64,000 nt of DNA from Lewinellaceae bacterium (GCA_020636025.1 JACJYQ010000001.1:417163-481162), one strand, 5' to 3'; counted from the stretch's first letter, positions 1-10,084 are shown. Made by a program: numbers and translations. The notes: generated by a model from the letters alone, not told the origin.

Positions 1-124
1 GATCAGGGAGAATCCGGACAGGTATAGGGGGAAATCCGGACTTTATGGGGGAGTATCCGGACAATGAGGGGGGATATTCGGACATTTGAGTGCGGAGTGC
101 GGAGAGCGGAAAGATGAGGAGTGC
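1..124. repeat. Composite 7-nt-phased tandem repeat: four ~21-bp units (GGGGG-NN-ATCCGGAC-N5; 6-26, 27-46, 47-67, 68-89), then heptamers GTGCGGA GTGCGGA GAGCGGA AAGATGA GGAGTGC (90-124). It runs off the left window edge.
   Basis: Read directly. Unit spacing is 22/21/21 nt for the ATCCGGA/ATTCGGA cores at 12, 34, 55 and 76. The heptamers abut the HTCS stop codon (125-127, minus strand). Confidence 0.85.
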
Positions 125-3100
125 TTAGACTTCGGAGGGGAGTATGCCGAATCTGGATTTATAGAGTTTGGTGAAATGCTTGGTATCCTTGAAGCCTACC
201 TGGGCGGCTACTTGTTTTACCAGGGCATTTCCACTCTCCAGTAATTCTCTGGCCTGTTGCAGGCGCGCTTCCTGTATGTAATGATTTAGTGTCAGGCCAG
301 TAGTGGTCTTTACCCGGCGCTGCAGGTGCCTGCTGCTCATGTTTAACTGAGCTGCCAGGTAATCTGAATTGAAGTTGAAATGGTGCAGACTTTTATTGAC
401 TATCAGCTCTAATTCCTGAAGCCAGATAGAATCCTCTTCTGTAATCAGGACCTCTAAGGAACCTTTGGGTTGGCTCTCGATGTCAGGATCCAAAGAAAGA
501 GTAGCTTTCCTACGTCCGGATCTGTTGCGCGAATTTTCGAGCAGGTTTTTTATCCGGGCCATCAGTTCTTCTTCTACAAATGGTTTTAGCATATAATCGT
601 CCACACCTAATTTCAAACTGCGCAATTTTACCTTGATGTCTGATCTGGCTGTGAGCATTATAAATGGTATATGCCGGAGATGATCTTTTTCTTTTACCAT
701 TTCCAGCATGGTGATGCCATCCATGATGGGCATCATGACATCTGAAATGATCAGGTCAGGCCTCAGCCCTTCCAGCAACTTATCCAGTCCTTCCTTTCCA
801 TTGCCTGCACAAACAATGGTGTACTTGTTATCCAGGAAAGATTGCATGAATTGCTGAAGATCAAGGTTATCTTCTACGATTAATATTTGAGAACGCCTGT
901 CATTTTCAATGTCAGGACTGGCTGCTGGCATAAGTCCGTTTTTGCTTTCCTCGTGTTGGTTTTCGAGGTCTACTGTAAACTCTTCCTGCTCAGGGCTCGG
1001 GAGGTTTTCAGCTTTTTTGAATGGTATCCGCAAATAGAATTTACTGCCAGAACCATATTTGCTGTCAACCCAGACTTCTCCGCCCATTAACTGGGATAAT
1101 TCCTTGCAAAGAGAAAGCCCGATCCCTGTGCCCCCCTGTGTAATGGCGTCGGGTTGATTGGACTGATAGAAGCGATCAAAAATGTACGGAAGGTCTTTTG
1201 CGTGAATGCCCGGGCCCGTATCTAAAACCGTAACAAGGAGATCATCTTTTTCCTTTTCCACAGTCAGATCAACATGCCCGCCCACCGGGGTGAATTTTAT
1301 GGCATTGGACAAAAAGTTATTGATGATTTTTTCATATTTGTCTTTATCCAGCATCAGGGTTGTTTCCCTGGGCAGTTTAAAATGCATGTTAAAGTGAACC
1401 CGCTCACTGTCGCCAAATGAGCTGAACTGAGCGGAAAGTGGTTTGAAGAATTCTAGCAGCTTTACTGGCGTTTCTTTTAACTCTATTTTCCCTGTTTCCA
1501 GTTTTGACAGGTCGAGGATCTCATTCACCAGTTTTAAGAGCAGTTTCCCGTTCCGTTGCATCATTTGAAGCAACATCATGTCCTTTGTTTTCCAGGCTCC
1601 TTTTTTTATAAAATTCTCCAGAGGTCCTAGCAACAGGGTTAGTGGCGTACGAAGTTCATGACTGACATTGGCGAAGAACCGGCTTTTTAGCTTGTCGAGT
1701 TTTCTAAGTTCTTCTGCTTGCTCGGCAATGGTTGCTGTTCTTGTTTGTACCCTCTCTTCTAGTGTTCTGTTTCTCTGCTTCAGGCTATATGTGTGATACC
1801 TGACATACCCCATTATGGCGGCTGTGATTAACAGCAGAATGAGCAATATAAACCAGGTTTGCAGATAAAATGGTTTTAACACTCTGAGGTTAATAGCCAG
1901 CTCATTTTCTGACCATTTGCCACTGGCATCCTGACCTTTTATGCGCAAAATATGATTGCCAAAAGTCAGGTTTGCAAAGCGCAGCGTGTGTTCCTTTTGA
2001 TATATCCAATCCTTGTCAACCCCTTCAATCTTATAAGCATAAAAATTCTTTTCGGGTTTGTCATAGGTCAAGAGGGAAAATTCAATTTTGAATATCCGGT
2101 CAGAAGGTTTTACCGTAATTGTATTGGTGCTGCACAATTCGATAAATCGATCCATCATTTTATTTGTCGAACCATCGAATTGCTCGAAATGGGTAATGGC
2201 CAATCGTGGATTTATATAATCCTTTGTCCTCAACTCCCGGGGATGGAAATCACTGATGCCGTTTATAGAGCCAAAATAAATACGGCCATCAGAATCCTGA
2301 AAATGAGAAGTTCGGTTGAATTCGTTGTTGCAGATACCATCCTGTTCAAGATACGTAGTCACATTTTTTGACTTTGTATCAAAACGCATGATGCCGTAAT
2401 CACTCGATAGCCAAAGGTTCCCAACAGAATCCGGGTACACAGCATAAATCACATTGTTTGACAATCCATCCACCCTGTCGTAGTGTTCCAGATAAGGGTT
2501 CTGGTCGGATCCATCTCCTTTCGGCCACAAGCGGAAAAGGCCTTTATTGGTACCCAGCCAAATACTCTGATGCTCATCAACATAATCATGATACACGATA
2601 TCTGCAGGCAATCTATATTTATTTTCACCTTCCTGCCAATAACGCTCAACAATGCCCTTGTTCAAATTTACCAGAAAGTAACCTTTTGATGTACTTAAGT
2701 ACAAGTTGTCGCCATCTTCTCTGAAACGATAAACGAATGCATTCTCGAGCGCCTTAAAGCGCTCATCTGCCGAACTTTTGAACAGAAAGCCTTCATTAAA
2801 ACTGTACTTGCCGAAACCATTCTCTGTTCCAATCCATATATTACCATCGGCTGCTTCCTCAATATTCCAGACTATGGCGCCAGGTTGCCTGGTGGAATTC
2901 AGAATTTTTCCATTTGGGTCTATTAGCTTGACCTGAGTTCCTAGATTAACGGCAATATTGCCATCTCTTAAAACCTTTACAGCAATATAATAACTGCTCT
3001 GGGTTTCCTTGAATATTTGAGTGGCTATACCGGTATTGAGGTTAATACGGTGTAATCCTTTTACTTCCAGTTGACAATACAAGTTATTATCATCCTTGTC

Positions 3101-4159
3101 AATTGACCTTACCGCATTGCCTCCGTATTGAATACTACCGGGTTTGGTGAGCAGATTGTGGAATCGTTTTGTTTTGAAACTGAGTTTATATAGCCCAAAA
3201 TTAGCGCCAACCCAGAGCGTGTGATTCTTAGCCAAACAATGACCTCTGCCAAAATTTTTATCCAGGTTTATCGATTTGTCATCTAGCTCATAAACCTGTT
3301 TTTTGGCCTGGTTTATAATCTTTCCACTATGCCATAACAAGGTAGAATCACTCTGTCCCCATAAATCCTGTAGAGGAAAATAATCTTTTGAATTAGTATT
3401 GAACAAATTGGTCAACTCACCATTTTGTATAAGGAAGCAGGTTGCTATTTCAGACTTATTGATCGTATTTAAATAGAACAAACAAGGATCAAATCGCACG
3501 ATCCTGAGTGTTTTGGAAATACCGGATGTGTTTAGCGGATAGGTTTTCAGAATATTTCCAGATTTATCCGCTTTTACAGCCTTTTGCTCGGGCAGATTAA
3601 TCCCCCAGACAAAATCGGAGACATGAATTATACTGCTTACCCCTTTAGGGGCGGGAATTTTGACAAGCCCTGATCCAGGGTCATAATGCCAGATATTGGT
3701 ACCCTCAGGTTCGATCAGATATATCTCGCCTTTAGAGTTTGTGGAAATATTTAGATTTTCGAGCTTTGGGAGCTTGTAAGCACTGAATTTTTCCAGGAAA
3801 GTGGTCCTTTCACCGGTTCTCGGATTCCAAATGTCAAAATCTGTGGCTGACATTGGAGGTATCAGCCATAAAAACCCCTGACTATCTTCCAGGATATCAA
3901 AAAAATTATCACCGAGAAATCCATATCTGGAAGCGGGGAATGGTACAAACTCGTATCCATCAAATCGGCAAAGTCCCTCTTTTGTACCTATCCAGATAAA
4001 CCCTTCATGGTCTTCACAAATGCCGTTTACCTCTCTGTGAGGCAGTCCATCCTCAATGCCGTAATGCTCAGCCTGGATAAACTCTCCCTGGGCTTCTGCA
4101 TGGAAAGTTAATCCGCAAAAACCAATTAGACAGATAAGGAAGGATAAGCACAAGCGCAT
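125..4159 (-). CDS. Hybrid two-component system sensor kinase/response regulator with AraC-type output (HTCS)
   Basis: 1344-aa ORF with ATG start and signal-like N-terminus MRLCLSFLICLIGFCGLTFHAEA. It has a long propeller/Y_Y_Y-type periplasmic region, a TM segment (WFILLILLLITAAIMGYV) and a HisKA H-box (FFANVSHELRTPLT). It also has an ATPase G-box (GTGIGLSLCKEL), a receiver domain (ILIVEDN...ISDVMMP) and a C-terminal AraC HTH. Confidence 0.9.
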   Translation of the reverse strand: MRLCLSFLICLIGFCGLTFHAEAQGEFIQAEHYGIEDGLPHREVNGICEDHEGFIWIGTKEGLCRFDGYEFVPFPASRYGFLGDNFFDILEDSQGFLWLIPPMSATDFDIWNPRTGERTTFLEKFSAYKLPKLENLNISTNSKGEIYLIEPEGTNIWHYDPGSGLVKIPAPKGVSSIIHVSDFVWGINLPEQKAVKADKSGNILKTYPLNTSGISKTLRIVRFDPCLFYLNTINKSEIATCFLIQNGELTNLFNTNSKDYFPLQDLWGQSDSTLLWHSGKIINQAKKQVYELDDKSINLDKNFGRGHCLAKNHTLWVGANFGLYKLSFKTKRFHNLLTKPGSIQYGGNAVRSIDKDDNNLYCQLEVKGLHRINLNTGIATQIFKETQSSYYIAVKVLRDGNIAVNLGTQVKLIDPNGKILNSTRQPGAIVWNIEEAADGNIWIGTENGFGKYSFNEGFLFKSSADERFKALENAFVYRFREDGDNLYLSTSKGYFLVNLNKGIVERYWQEGENKYRLPADIVYHDYVDEHQSIWLGTNKGLFRLWPKGDGSDQNPYLEHYDRVDGLSNNVIYAVYPDSVGNLWLSSDYGIMRFDTKSKNVTTYLEQDGICNNEFNRTSHFQDSDGRIYFGSINGISDFHPRELRTKDYINPRLAITHFEQFDGSTNKMMDRFIELCSTNTITVKPSDRIFKIEFSLLTYDKPEKNFYAYKIEGVDKDWIYQKEHTLRFANLTFGNHILRIKGQDASGKWSENELAINLRVLKPFYLQTWFILLILLLITAAIMGYVRYHTYSLKQRNRTLEERVQTRTATIAEQAEELRKLDKLKSRFFANVSHELRTPLTLLLGPLENFIKKGAWKTKDMMLLQMMQRNGKLLLKLVNEILDLSKLETGKIELKETPVKLLEFFKPLSAQFSSFGDSERVHFNMHFKLPRETTLMLDKDKYEKIINNFLSNAIKFTPVGGHVDLTVEKEKDDLLVTVLDTGPGIHAKDLPYIFDRFYQSNQPDAITQGGTGIGLSLCKELSQLMGGEVWVDSKYGSGSKFYLRIPFKKAENLPSPEQEEFTVDLENQHEESKNGLMPAASPDIENDRRSQILIVEDNLDLQQFMQSFLDNKYTIVCAGNGKEGLDKLLEGLRPDLIISDVMMPIMDGITMLEMVKEKDHLRHIPFIMLTARSDIKVKLRSLKLGVDDYMLKPFVEEELMARIKNLLENSRNRSGRRKATLSLDPDIESQPKGSLEVLITEEDSIWLQELELIVNKSLHHFNFNSDYLAAQLNMSSRHLQRRVKTTTGLTLNHYIQEARLQQARELLESGNALVKQVAAQVGFKDTKHFTKLYKSRFGILPSEV

Positions 4160-4455
4160 AAACAGAAGGAATGTGTGTAATAGTCCTTTCTGATGGGATA
4201 AAATAAATCAGTATTTGGTAGTATTCCCGGTTTCCAGGTAAGGCAGGTCGAAAGATTGAAAAGCAAATGTACAAAGCGACCGATAAAAATAAAATTAACT
4301 TAAGTGAGCGTGACTATTTAAGGAGCAATTATCCTCTTTGCCGTTTTCAGACACATTTTCTTTCCAGCAATTTTGACAAATGTTGTTGTTTTACGACTCA
4401 AAGAGTTTGTTCTTTAAACGACTTAACCAATCAAACTTCTGTAAATAAATTTCTG

Positions 4456-7400
4456 ATGAAACTATTTCAAACCTGCCTTACTGTACTGATGCTGTCGGGT
4501 TTCGGCCTGCAGGCGCAGGATTATTCTGGAGTTATTCAGCGATATATGCTGGAGAACAGAGATAAATTGCAACTCGTGCAGACGGATATCGAAAACTGGA
4601 ACGTATCTGATCAGTATCTCACCAGGCACAACCAGGTGACCCATGTTTATCTCCAACAAACCGTCAACGGACTGAAAATACATAATGCCATTAGTTCAGT
4701 TGCGATTCAGAACAATGAAGTCAAATCCTTCAGCTCCGCCTTTCACGCAAATGCTGCAGAATTGACGAACGTTTCTGCCGGAGAGGAACATATATCGCCC
4801 AAAGAGGCGGTATTGCAAGCGGCAAATTCTGTAGGTATCACGATTGGAAATCCCGGCAACCGCAATACTGAGCCAAATGACAATAATGAATTTATTTTTG
4901 ATCCTTCAGGAGATGTATCAGCGCCTATAAAAGTATCCTTGTTATATCAGGCAACAGACGAAGATATTCGCCTTGCCTGGAACGTGGAACTGCAAACGGG
5001 AAGTGACTGGTGGAATATCCGCGTAGATGCTATCTCGGGGGAAGTGTTGGATAAAAACAATTACACGGTTTATTGCGAATTCTATGAAGATGCTTTTGAA
5101 ACAGACGGGACTAATCGCCATATACATGACTTTGATAATCAGGTTGTTGCCCAAAAAGTAAATACGACTCCATTTTATCGTGTGTTTCCTTTTCCGGGTG
5201 AAAGTCCGCGACATGTATCTCATACGCTTCTTAGTGACCCATCGATCCAACAGGCATCTCCTTATGGCTGGCATGATGTGGACGGGCAGCCTGGCGCAGA
5301 GTACACCATTACCCGTGGAAATAACGTATATGCTTCAGAAGACAGAGATGACAACAACAATCCGGGGTATAGTCCGGACGGAGGCGCCAGTCTGAATTTT
5401 GATTTCCCCTACACACCGGAAGTAGCCCCTGTTTTCTGGGAAAATGCCGCCATTACCAACCTGTTTTATGCCAATAATTTTATGCATGATGTGACATACA
5501 TCCATGGATTTGATGAGGCTGCCGGGAATTTTCAGGAAAACAATTATGGAAATGGTGGACAAGATGGTGATTTCGTGTGGGCCGATGCGCAGGATGGCTC
5601 AGGTACCAATAATGCCAATTTCTCCACCCCTCCGGATGGTAATAATGGACGCATGCAAATGTACATCTGGGATGTAAATAGCAGTGGGGGAGGTGACAGT
5701 ATGTCCATCAACATCCCAGGCAATTATCCGGATAAATTTAACGCTCCTGCCTCCAATTTCGGAGCAGTGTTGGGTATGCCCCTCACAGCCGATGTCGTGT
5801 TGGTAGATGATGGTGTAGATCCGACAATAGATGGTTGCCAGCCTATTATCAACGGTTCCGAATTGGCAGGAAAGATAGCCTTGCTTCAAAGAAGTGGTGT
5901 TTGCACTTACCCTGAAAGGGTGAAAGCTGCTCAGGACGCCGGAGCCATCGCAGCCATTGTGATGCAGAACACCAGTGCTCCTGCATTTCACATGCCTGGC
6001 GCCGATCCCGAAGTGGTCATTCCTTCATTTATGGTAAGCAAAGCACATGGACTTATCCTTACTGATGCACTTGTTGCGGGTACGCTAAATGTGACACTGT
6101 ATCCTACCTGCTGTAACTCAGACCGCGATAGTGATGTTGATAACGGTGTTATTGCGCACGAGTTTGGACACGGAATTTCCAATCGCCTTACTGGTGGACC
6201 TAGCAATACCGGCTGTCTGGGAAATGAGGAGCAAATGGGTGAAGGCTGGAGTGACTTTTTTGCTTTGATCACCACCATGCAACCGACGGATACCCGCTTC
6301 ACAGCCCGTGGAATTGGCACTTATGTTGAAAATCAGCCGCCAACCGGCGCCGGAATCCGGAATAAACGCTATTCCACGGATATGGCCGTAAATAATTACA
6401 CCTATGGATTGCTGGAACAGACTAGCGGTCAGGTGCACAATATTGGCGAATTCTGGTGTACCATGCTGAATGATTTAACATGGGATCTTATAGACCAATA
6501 TGGTTTTGAGCCCGACCTGACAAAATCTACCGGTGGTAATAACATAGCCATGCAACTGGTTCTGGACGGCATGAAGTTGCAGCGTTGCAACCCAGGATTT
6601 GTGGATGGACGGGACGGTATCCTGAAAGCAGATGAAATGAACTTTGGAGGCGCGAACAAATGTCTAATATGGCAAACATTTGCCCGTCGGGGTCTGGGCT
6701 GGTCTGCCGACCAGGGAAGCAGTAACGATTACGCTGACGGTGTGGAGGCTTTTGATCTTCCACAGTTTTGCATGACGGCAACTGTCGAGCCACTTGCTGT
6801 CTTCGGGGTAGATCGAAAAAATAGTTGCCTGGATCTGGCAACCTTCCATTTCTTCGACAGCTCACAAAACATTGTGCATGAATGGCTTTGGGATTTTGGT
6901 GATGGACAAACATCGACTGATATAAATCCTGTACATACCTACGCACAGGAAGGTACCTACACAGTTACCCTTATGGTTACCAACAACATTGGGTCGAATT
7001 CATTGGTGAAAACAGATTATATCAATGTAAGCAGCTTCGCACCCATTACTGTATCCACAGATAGTATATGCGCCGGACAAACTGCTACGATTACGGCCAA
7101 TCCAAATATAGCCGGCAATACGGCTGAATGGACAGATGAAAACGGAAAGGTGTTGTTTTCTGGTGACAGCTTCACCACACCAATATTGACGCAAACGACC
7201 ACTTTTTATGTTAGCGAGTCTGAACCAGCGCCTATCCAGCATGTAGGCCCGGATGACTTTGGAGATGGACAAAATCACTCATCACAATTTGGTGGTTTTG
7301 TGAGATTTACGGCTGAAAAACCATTAACCATTATTTCCGTTCTGGTACGAGCAGAAGGCGAAGGCGTGCGGGAAATTCTCCTGATTGACGGATTTGGCGC

Positions 7401-8190
7401 TACGATTGCATCGGCCAGTCCATTAATTCCGGATGGCGACAGCCGGGTAGAGTTAAACTTTGAGGTTCCTCTGGAAGGAAGCTATACTTTGGCCATTGTA
7501 CCGCCTGCTAATTTGTATCGCACAAATAACAATGCAAGCTATCCATATTCGATTCCGGGGCTTGTTTCCATTACCGGAGCAAGTGGACAAAACCAATCCC
7601 GCTACTATTATTTCTACGATTGGGAAATACAGGCCGCTCATTGCAAAAGCGAGGCTACTCCATTCACAGTAAACATTATTCCTGGTCCGGTACCTGATTT
7701 TAGTTATGCAAAAACTGGATTGGCAGTTTCCTTTACCAACCTGACAAGCGGATCTCCCACCAGCATTATGTGGGATTTTGGTGATGGAAATACTTCCACG
7801 ATGCCAAATCCAATGCACACTTTTGCCTCAATTGGTACTTATACCGTTACGCTAACAGTTAGTGATGGAAATTGCACTACTTCATTTAGTCAGGTTGTTG
7901 ATTTTACTTCTGCTACAACAGAGCTTGGAATTTCGTCTTTCCATGTCGCCATTTCACCAAATCCGGCATTTGAAAGCGCACGCATTTCCATTTTAGGAGA
8001 AGAAAATTCAAAAATCAGAAGGATTGGACTTTACAGTGCAGATGGTAGACGAGTACGGGCTTATTCCCTGGATCAATCGGTAAACAGTGTGTTTACCCTA
8101 GACCTCCGCGGTTTGAGTTCCGGAATCTATTATGTCAAAGTAGAAGCTGAATCCGGAACAGAAGTTGAAAAACTGATCATTAACAGATAG
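4456..8190 (+). CDS. Secreted M36 (fungalysin-like) zinc metalloprotease with PA-like insert, two PKD-like domains and a T9SS type-A C-terminal sorting domain
   Basis: Zinc site VIAHEFGHGISNRLTGGP...MGEGWSDFFA. Signal peptide MKLFQTCLTVLMLSGFGLQAQ starts at ATG 4456, and the tracked ORF start 4267 adds 63 non-signal residues. PKD repeats WDFGDGQTST.. and WDFGDGNTST.. are present. The C-terminus is ISPNPAFESARISI...GIYYVKVEAESG. Confidence 0.85.
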   Translation: MKLFQTCLTVLMLSGFGLQAQDYSGVIQRYMLENRDKLQLVQTDIENWNVSDQYLTRHNQVTHVYLQQTVNGLKIHNAISSVAIQNNEVKSFSSAFHANAAELTNVSAGEEHISPKEAVLQAANSVGITIGNPGNRNTEPNDNNEFIFDPSGDVSAPIKVSLLYQATDEDIRLAWNVELQTGSDWWNIRVDAISGEVLDKNNYTVYCEFYEDAFETDGTNRHIHDFDNQVVAQKVNTTPFYRVFPFPGESPRHVSHTLLSDPSIQQASPYGWHDVDGQPGAEYTITRGNNVYASEDRDDNNNPGYSPDGGASLNFDFPYTPEVAPVFWENAAITNLFYANNFMHDVTYIHGFDEAAGNFQENNYGNGGQDGDFVWADAQDGSGTNNANFSTPPDGNNGRMQMYIWDVNSSGGGDSMSINIPGNYPDKFNAPASNFGAVLGMPLTADVVLVDDGVDPTIDGCQPIINGSELAGKIALLQRSGVCTYPERVKAAQDAGAIAAIVMQNTSAPAFHMPGADPEVVIPSFMVSKAHGLILTDALVAGTLNVTLYPTCCNSDRDSDVDNGVIAHEFGHGISNRLTGGPSNTGCLGNEEQMGEGWSDFFALITTMQPTDTRFTARGIGTYVENQPPTGAGIRNKRYSTDMAVNNYTYGLLEQTSGQVHNIGEFWCTMLNDLTWDLIDQYGFEPDLTKSTGGNNIAMQLVLDGMKLQRCNPGFVDGRDGILKADEMNFGGANKCLIWQTFARRGLGWSADQGSSNDYADGVEAFDLPQFCMTATVEPLAVFGVDRKNSCLDLATFHFFDSSQNIVHEWLWDFGDGQTSTDINPVHTYAQEGTYTVTLMVTNNIGSNSLVKTDYINVSSFAPITVSTDSICAGQTATITANPNIAGNTAEWTDENGKVLFSGDSFTTPILTQTTTFYVSESEPAPIQHVGPDDFGDGQNHSSQFGGFVRFTAEKPLTIISVLVRAEGEGVREILLIDGFGATIASASPLIPDGDSRVELNFEVPLEGSYTLAIVPPANLYRTNNNASYPYSIPGLVSITGASGQNQSRYYYFYDWEIQAAHCKSEATPFTVNIIPGPVPDFSYAKTGLAVSFTNLTSGSPTSIMWDFGDGNTSTMPNPMHTFASIGTYTVTLTVSDGNCTTSFSQVVDFTSATTELGISSFHVAISPNPAFESARISILGEENSKIRRIGLYSADGRRVRAYSLDQSVNSVFTLDLRGLSSGIYYVKVEAESGTEVEKLIINR

Positions 8191-8195
8191 GCTTC

Positions 8196-8283
8196 GATAT
8201 ACGAGATACAAAATCCGAGATATGATATTTGAAATTATCAAAAAAATCGGATTTCGTATCTCGGATTTCGTATCTCGTATATC
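8196..8283 (+). terminator. Long inverted repeat (27-nt arms, 26/27 complementary) built from heptamer-like units. Probable terminator hairpin after the protease gene.
   Basis: Left arm GATATACGAGATACAAAATCCGAGATA (8196-8222). Right arm TATCTCGGATTTCGTATCTCGTATATC (8257-8283). The right side also holds a direct 14-mer CGGATTTCGTATCT x2 (8248-8275). It starts 6 nt after the TAG at 8188-8190. Confidence 0.5.
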
Positions 8284-8315
8284 ATCCAGGGGTAAACACG
8301 TATTTCATCGAGATC

Positions 8316-10064
8316 ATGCAGGATTTTCAAATAAAGTCGAGGCCCGAGGTATATGATGTGATCATCATTGGTTCTGGTGCCGGTGGTGGCATGGCTGCCT
8401 ATGAGCTTACAAAAGCCGGAGCCAATGTTTGTCTGCTGGAAGCAGGGCAGCATTACGACCCGGCAGACCCAAAGTACATCACCCAAATGAAGTGGCCTTA
8501 TGAATCGCCGCGCAGAGGCGCCAGCACCCGATACCGGCCTTTTGGTGATTTTGATGCGGCTTATGGTGGTTGGGATATTGAGGGTGAACCTTACACCACA
8601 AAAGGGGACACGAAGTTTTTATGGTTTCGTTCCAGAATGTTGGGTGGCCGTACAAACCACTGGGGGCGTATTAGTCTCCGCTTTGGTCCACAGGATTTTA
8701 AGCGCAAAAGTATTGACGGACTTGGTGAAGATTGGCCGATCGGGTATGAGGATGTCGCTCCATTTTACGATGAGGTTGACAAACTGATCGGAGTGTTTGG
8801 GTCTGTAGAAAACCTGCCCAATGATCCGGACTCTATTTTTCTGCCGCCTCCCAAGCCACGCTTGCATGAGATGATGTTGCAGAAATACAACAAACGGCTT
8901 GGGATTACCACCATTCCTTCCCGACTAAGTATTCTGACAAAACCTATAAATGATGAGCGGGGTGTTTGTTTCTACTGCCATCAATGTAACAGGGCTTGCA
9001 TTGCTTATGCCGATTTTTCCTCGTCTTCCTGTTTGTGTAAACCGGCCTCCAAAACGAAAAAAATGGACACCATTTATTTCGCCATGGCCCGGGAGATACT
9101 GACTGATGCGAAAACTGGTCTTGCAACCGGCGTTTCTTATGTAGATACACAGACGCTTGAAGAAAAAACGGTTAAAGGAAAAGTTGTAGTGCTGGCTGCA
9201 AGTGCCTGTGAATCAGCGAGATTATTGTTGAATTCCAAATCCGCACGGTTCCCGGAAGGCCTCGCTAATTCTTCAGGAGTAGTGGGAAAATATTTACACG
9301 ATTCTACCGGCGCTTCACGCGCTGCCATTGTGCCTGCATTGTTTGACCGCAAGCGATACAATGAAGACGGGGTAGGGGGATTGCACGTGTATTCTCCCTG
9401 GTGGCTCGACAATAAAAAACTGGATTTCCCGCGCGGGTATCACATCGAATACTGGGGTGGTATGGGCATGCCCGCCTACGGATTTGGCTGGGGAATTGAA
9501 AAGACAAATGGCATATTCCCGGACCGTGACGGCAACAAACGCGAAGCCGGAGGGTATGGAGCATCGCTGAAGGATGATTATCGCCGGTTCTATGGTTCAT
9601 ACATTGGAATGGCCGGACGGGGAGAAGCGATTGCCAGGGAAGACAATTACTGCGAAATTGATCCGGAGGTAGTGGATAAGTTTGGCATACCAGTTCTCAG
9701 GTTCAACTACACATGGTCGGATCACGAGCGATTGCAAGCTAAACACATGCATGATACATTTGAACAAATTATTCATGAAATGGGTGGCATCCCCCTTGGC
9801 TCAAAGCCGGGTGCGGATAAAGATTACGGACTTAATTTGCCTGGTGAGATCATCCATGAAGTAGGAACCATTCGTATGGGCAATGACCGAAATAAATCGG
9901 CGCTGAACAAGTGGCAGCAAGCGCATGATGTTAAAAACCTGTTTGTCGTAGACGCTGCACCCTTTGTTTCACAAGGCGATAAAAACTGTACCTGGACAAT
10001 TCTGGCGCTGTCGATGCGGGCTTCCCGGCATATCGTAGATGAGTTTAAAGCCGGTAAATTGTAA
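8316..10064 (+). CDS. GMC-family FAD-dependent oxidoreductase (large subunit, no own signal peptide)
   Basis: Rossmann motif YDVIIIGSGAGGGMAAYEL and C-terminal GMC-type block HEVGTIRMGND...VVDAAPF. ATG 8316 is preferred over the tracked TTG 8229, whose extension is a translation of the hairpin repeat. Confidence 0.85.
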   Translation: MQDFQIKSRPEVYDVIIIGSGAGGGMAAYELTKAGANVCLLEAGQHYDPADPKYITQMKWPYESPRRGASTRYRPFGDFDAAYGGWDIEGEPYTTKGDTKFLWFRSRMLGGRTNHWGRISLRFGPQDFKRKSIDGLGEDWPIGYEDVAPFYDEVDKLIGVFGSVENLPNDPDSIFLPPPKPRLHEMMLQKYNKRLGITTIPSRLSILTKPINDERGVCFYCHQCNRACIAYADFSSSSCLCKPASKTKKMDTIYFAMAREILTDAKTGLATGVSYVDTQTLEEKTVKGKVVVLAASACESARLLLNSKSARFPEGLANSSGVVGKYLHDSTGASRAAIVPALFDRKRYNEDGVGGLHVYSPWWLDNKKLDFPRGYHIEYWGGMGMPAYGFGWGIEKTNGIFPDRDGNKREAGGYGASLKDDYRRFYGSYIGMAGRGEAIAREDNYCEIDPEVVDKFGIPVLRFNYTWSDHERLQAKHMHDTFEQIIHEMGGIPLGSKPGADKDYGLNLPGEIIHEVGTIRMGNDRNKSALNKWQQAHDVKNLFVVDAAPFVSQGDKNCTWTILALSMRASRHIVDEFKAGKL

Positions 10065-10084
10065 ATCCTTTTAAAAGAATCAAC

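Noticed and set aside
3-89. Open plus-strand frame at the window edge (..GIGGNPDFMGEYPDNEGGYSDI*) that could be the C-terminus of a gene ending at TGA 87-89
   Set aside because: The underlying DNA repeats are 22/21/21 nt apart, so the repeat is not frame-preserving, as a coding repeat would be. More likely it is non-coding. This cannot be fully excluded without the upstream sequence.
1-124. CRISPR array (also considered for 62689-62765 and the other short arrays)
   Set aside because: The units are 7-22 nt with no unique spacers between them, and there are no cas genes anywhere in the window.
4267-4455. N-terminal extensions of tracked ORFs (4267-4455, 8229-8315, 14078-14215, 32898-32960, 32997-33098, 45351-45398, 53858-53926, 55992-56015, 56946-57041, 58046-58210)
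   Set aside because: In each case an internal ATG is followed immediately by a signal peptide, Tat motif or conserved N-terminal block. The extension starts with TTG and/or translates intergenic repeats or low-complexity sequence.
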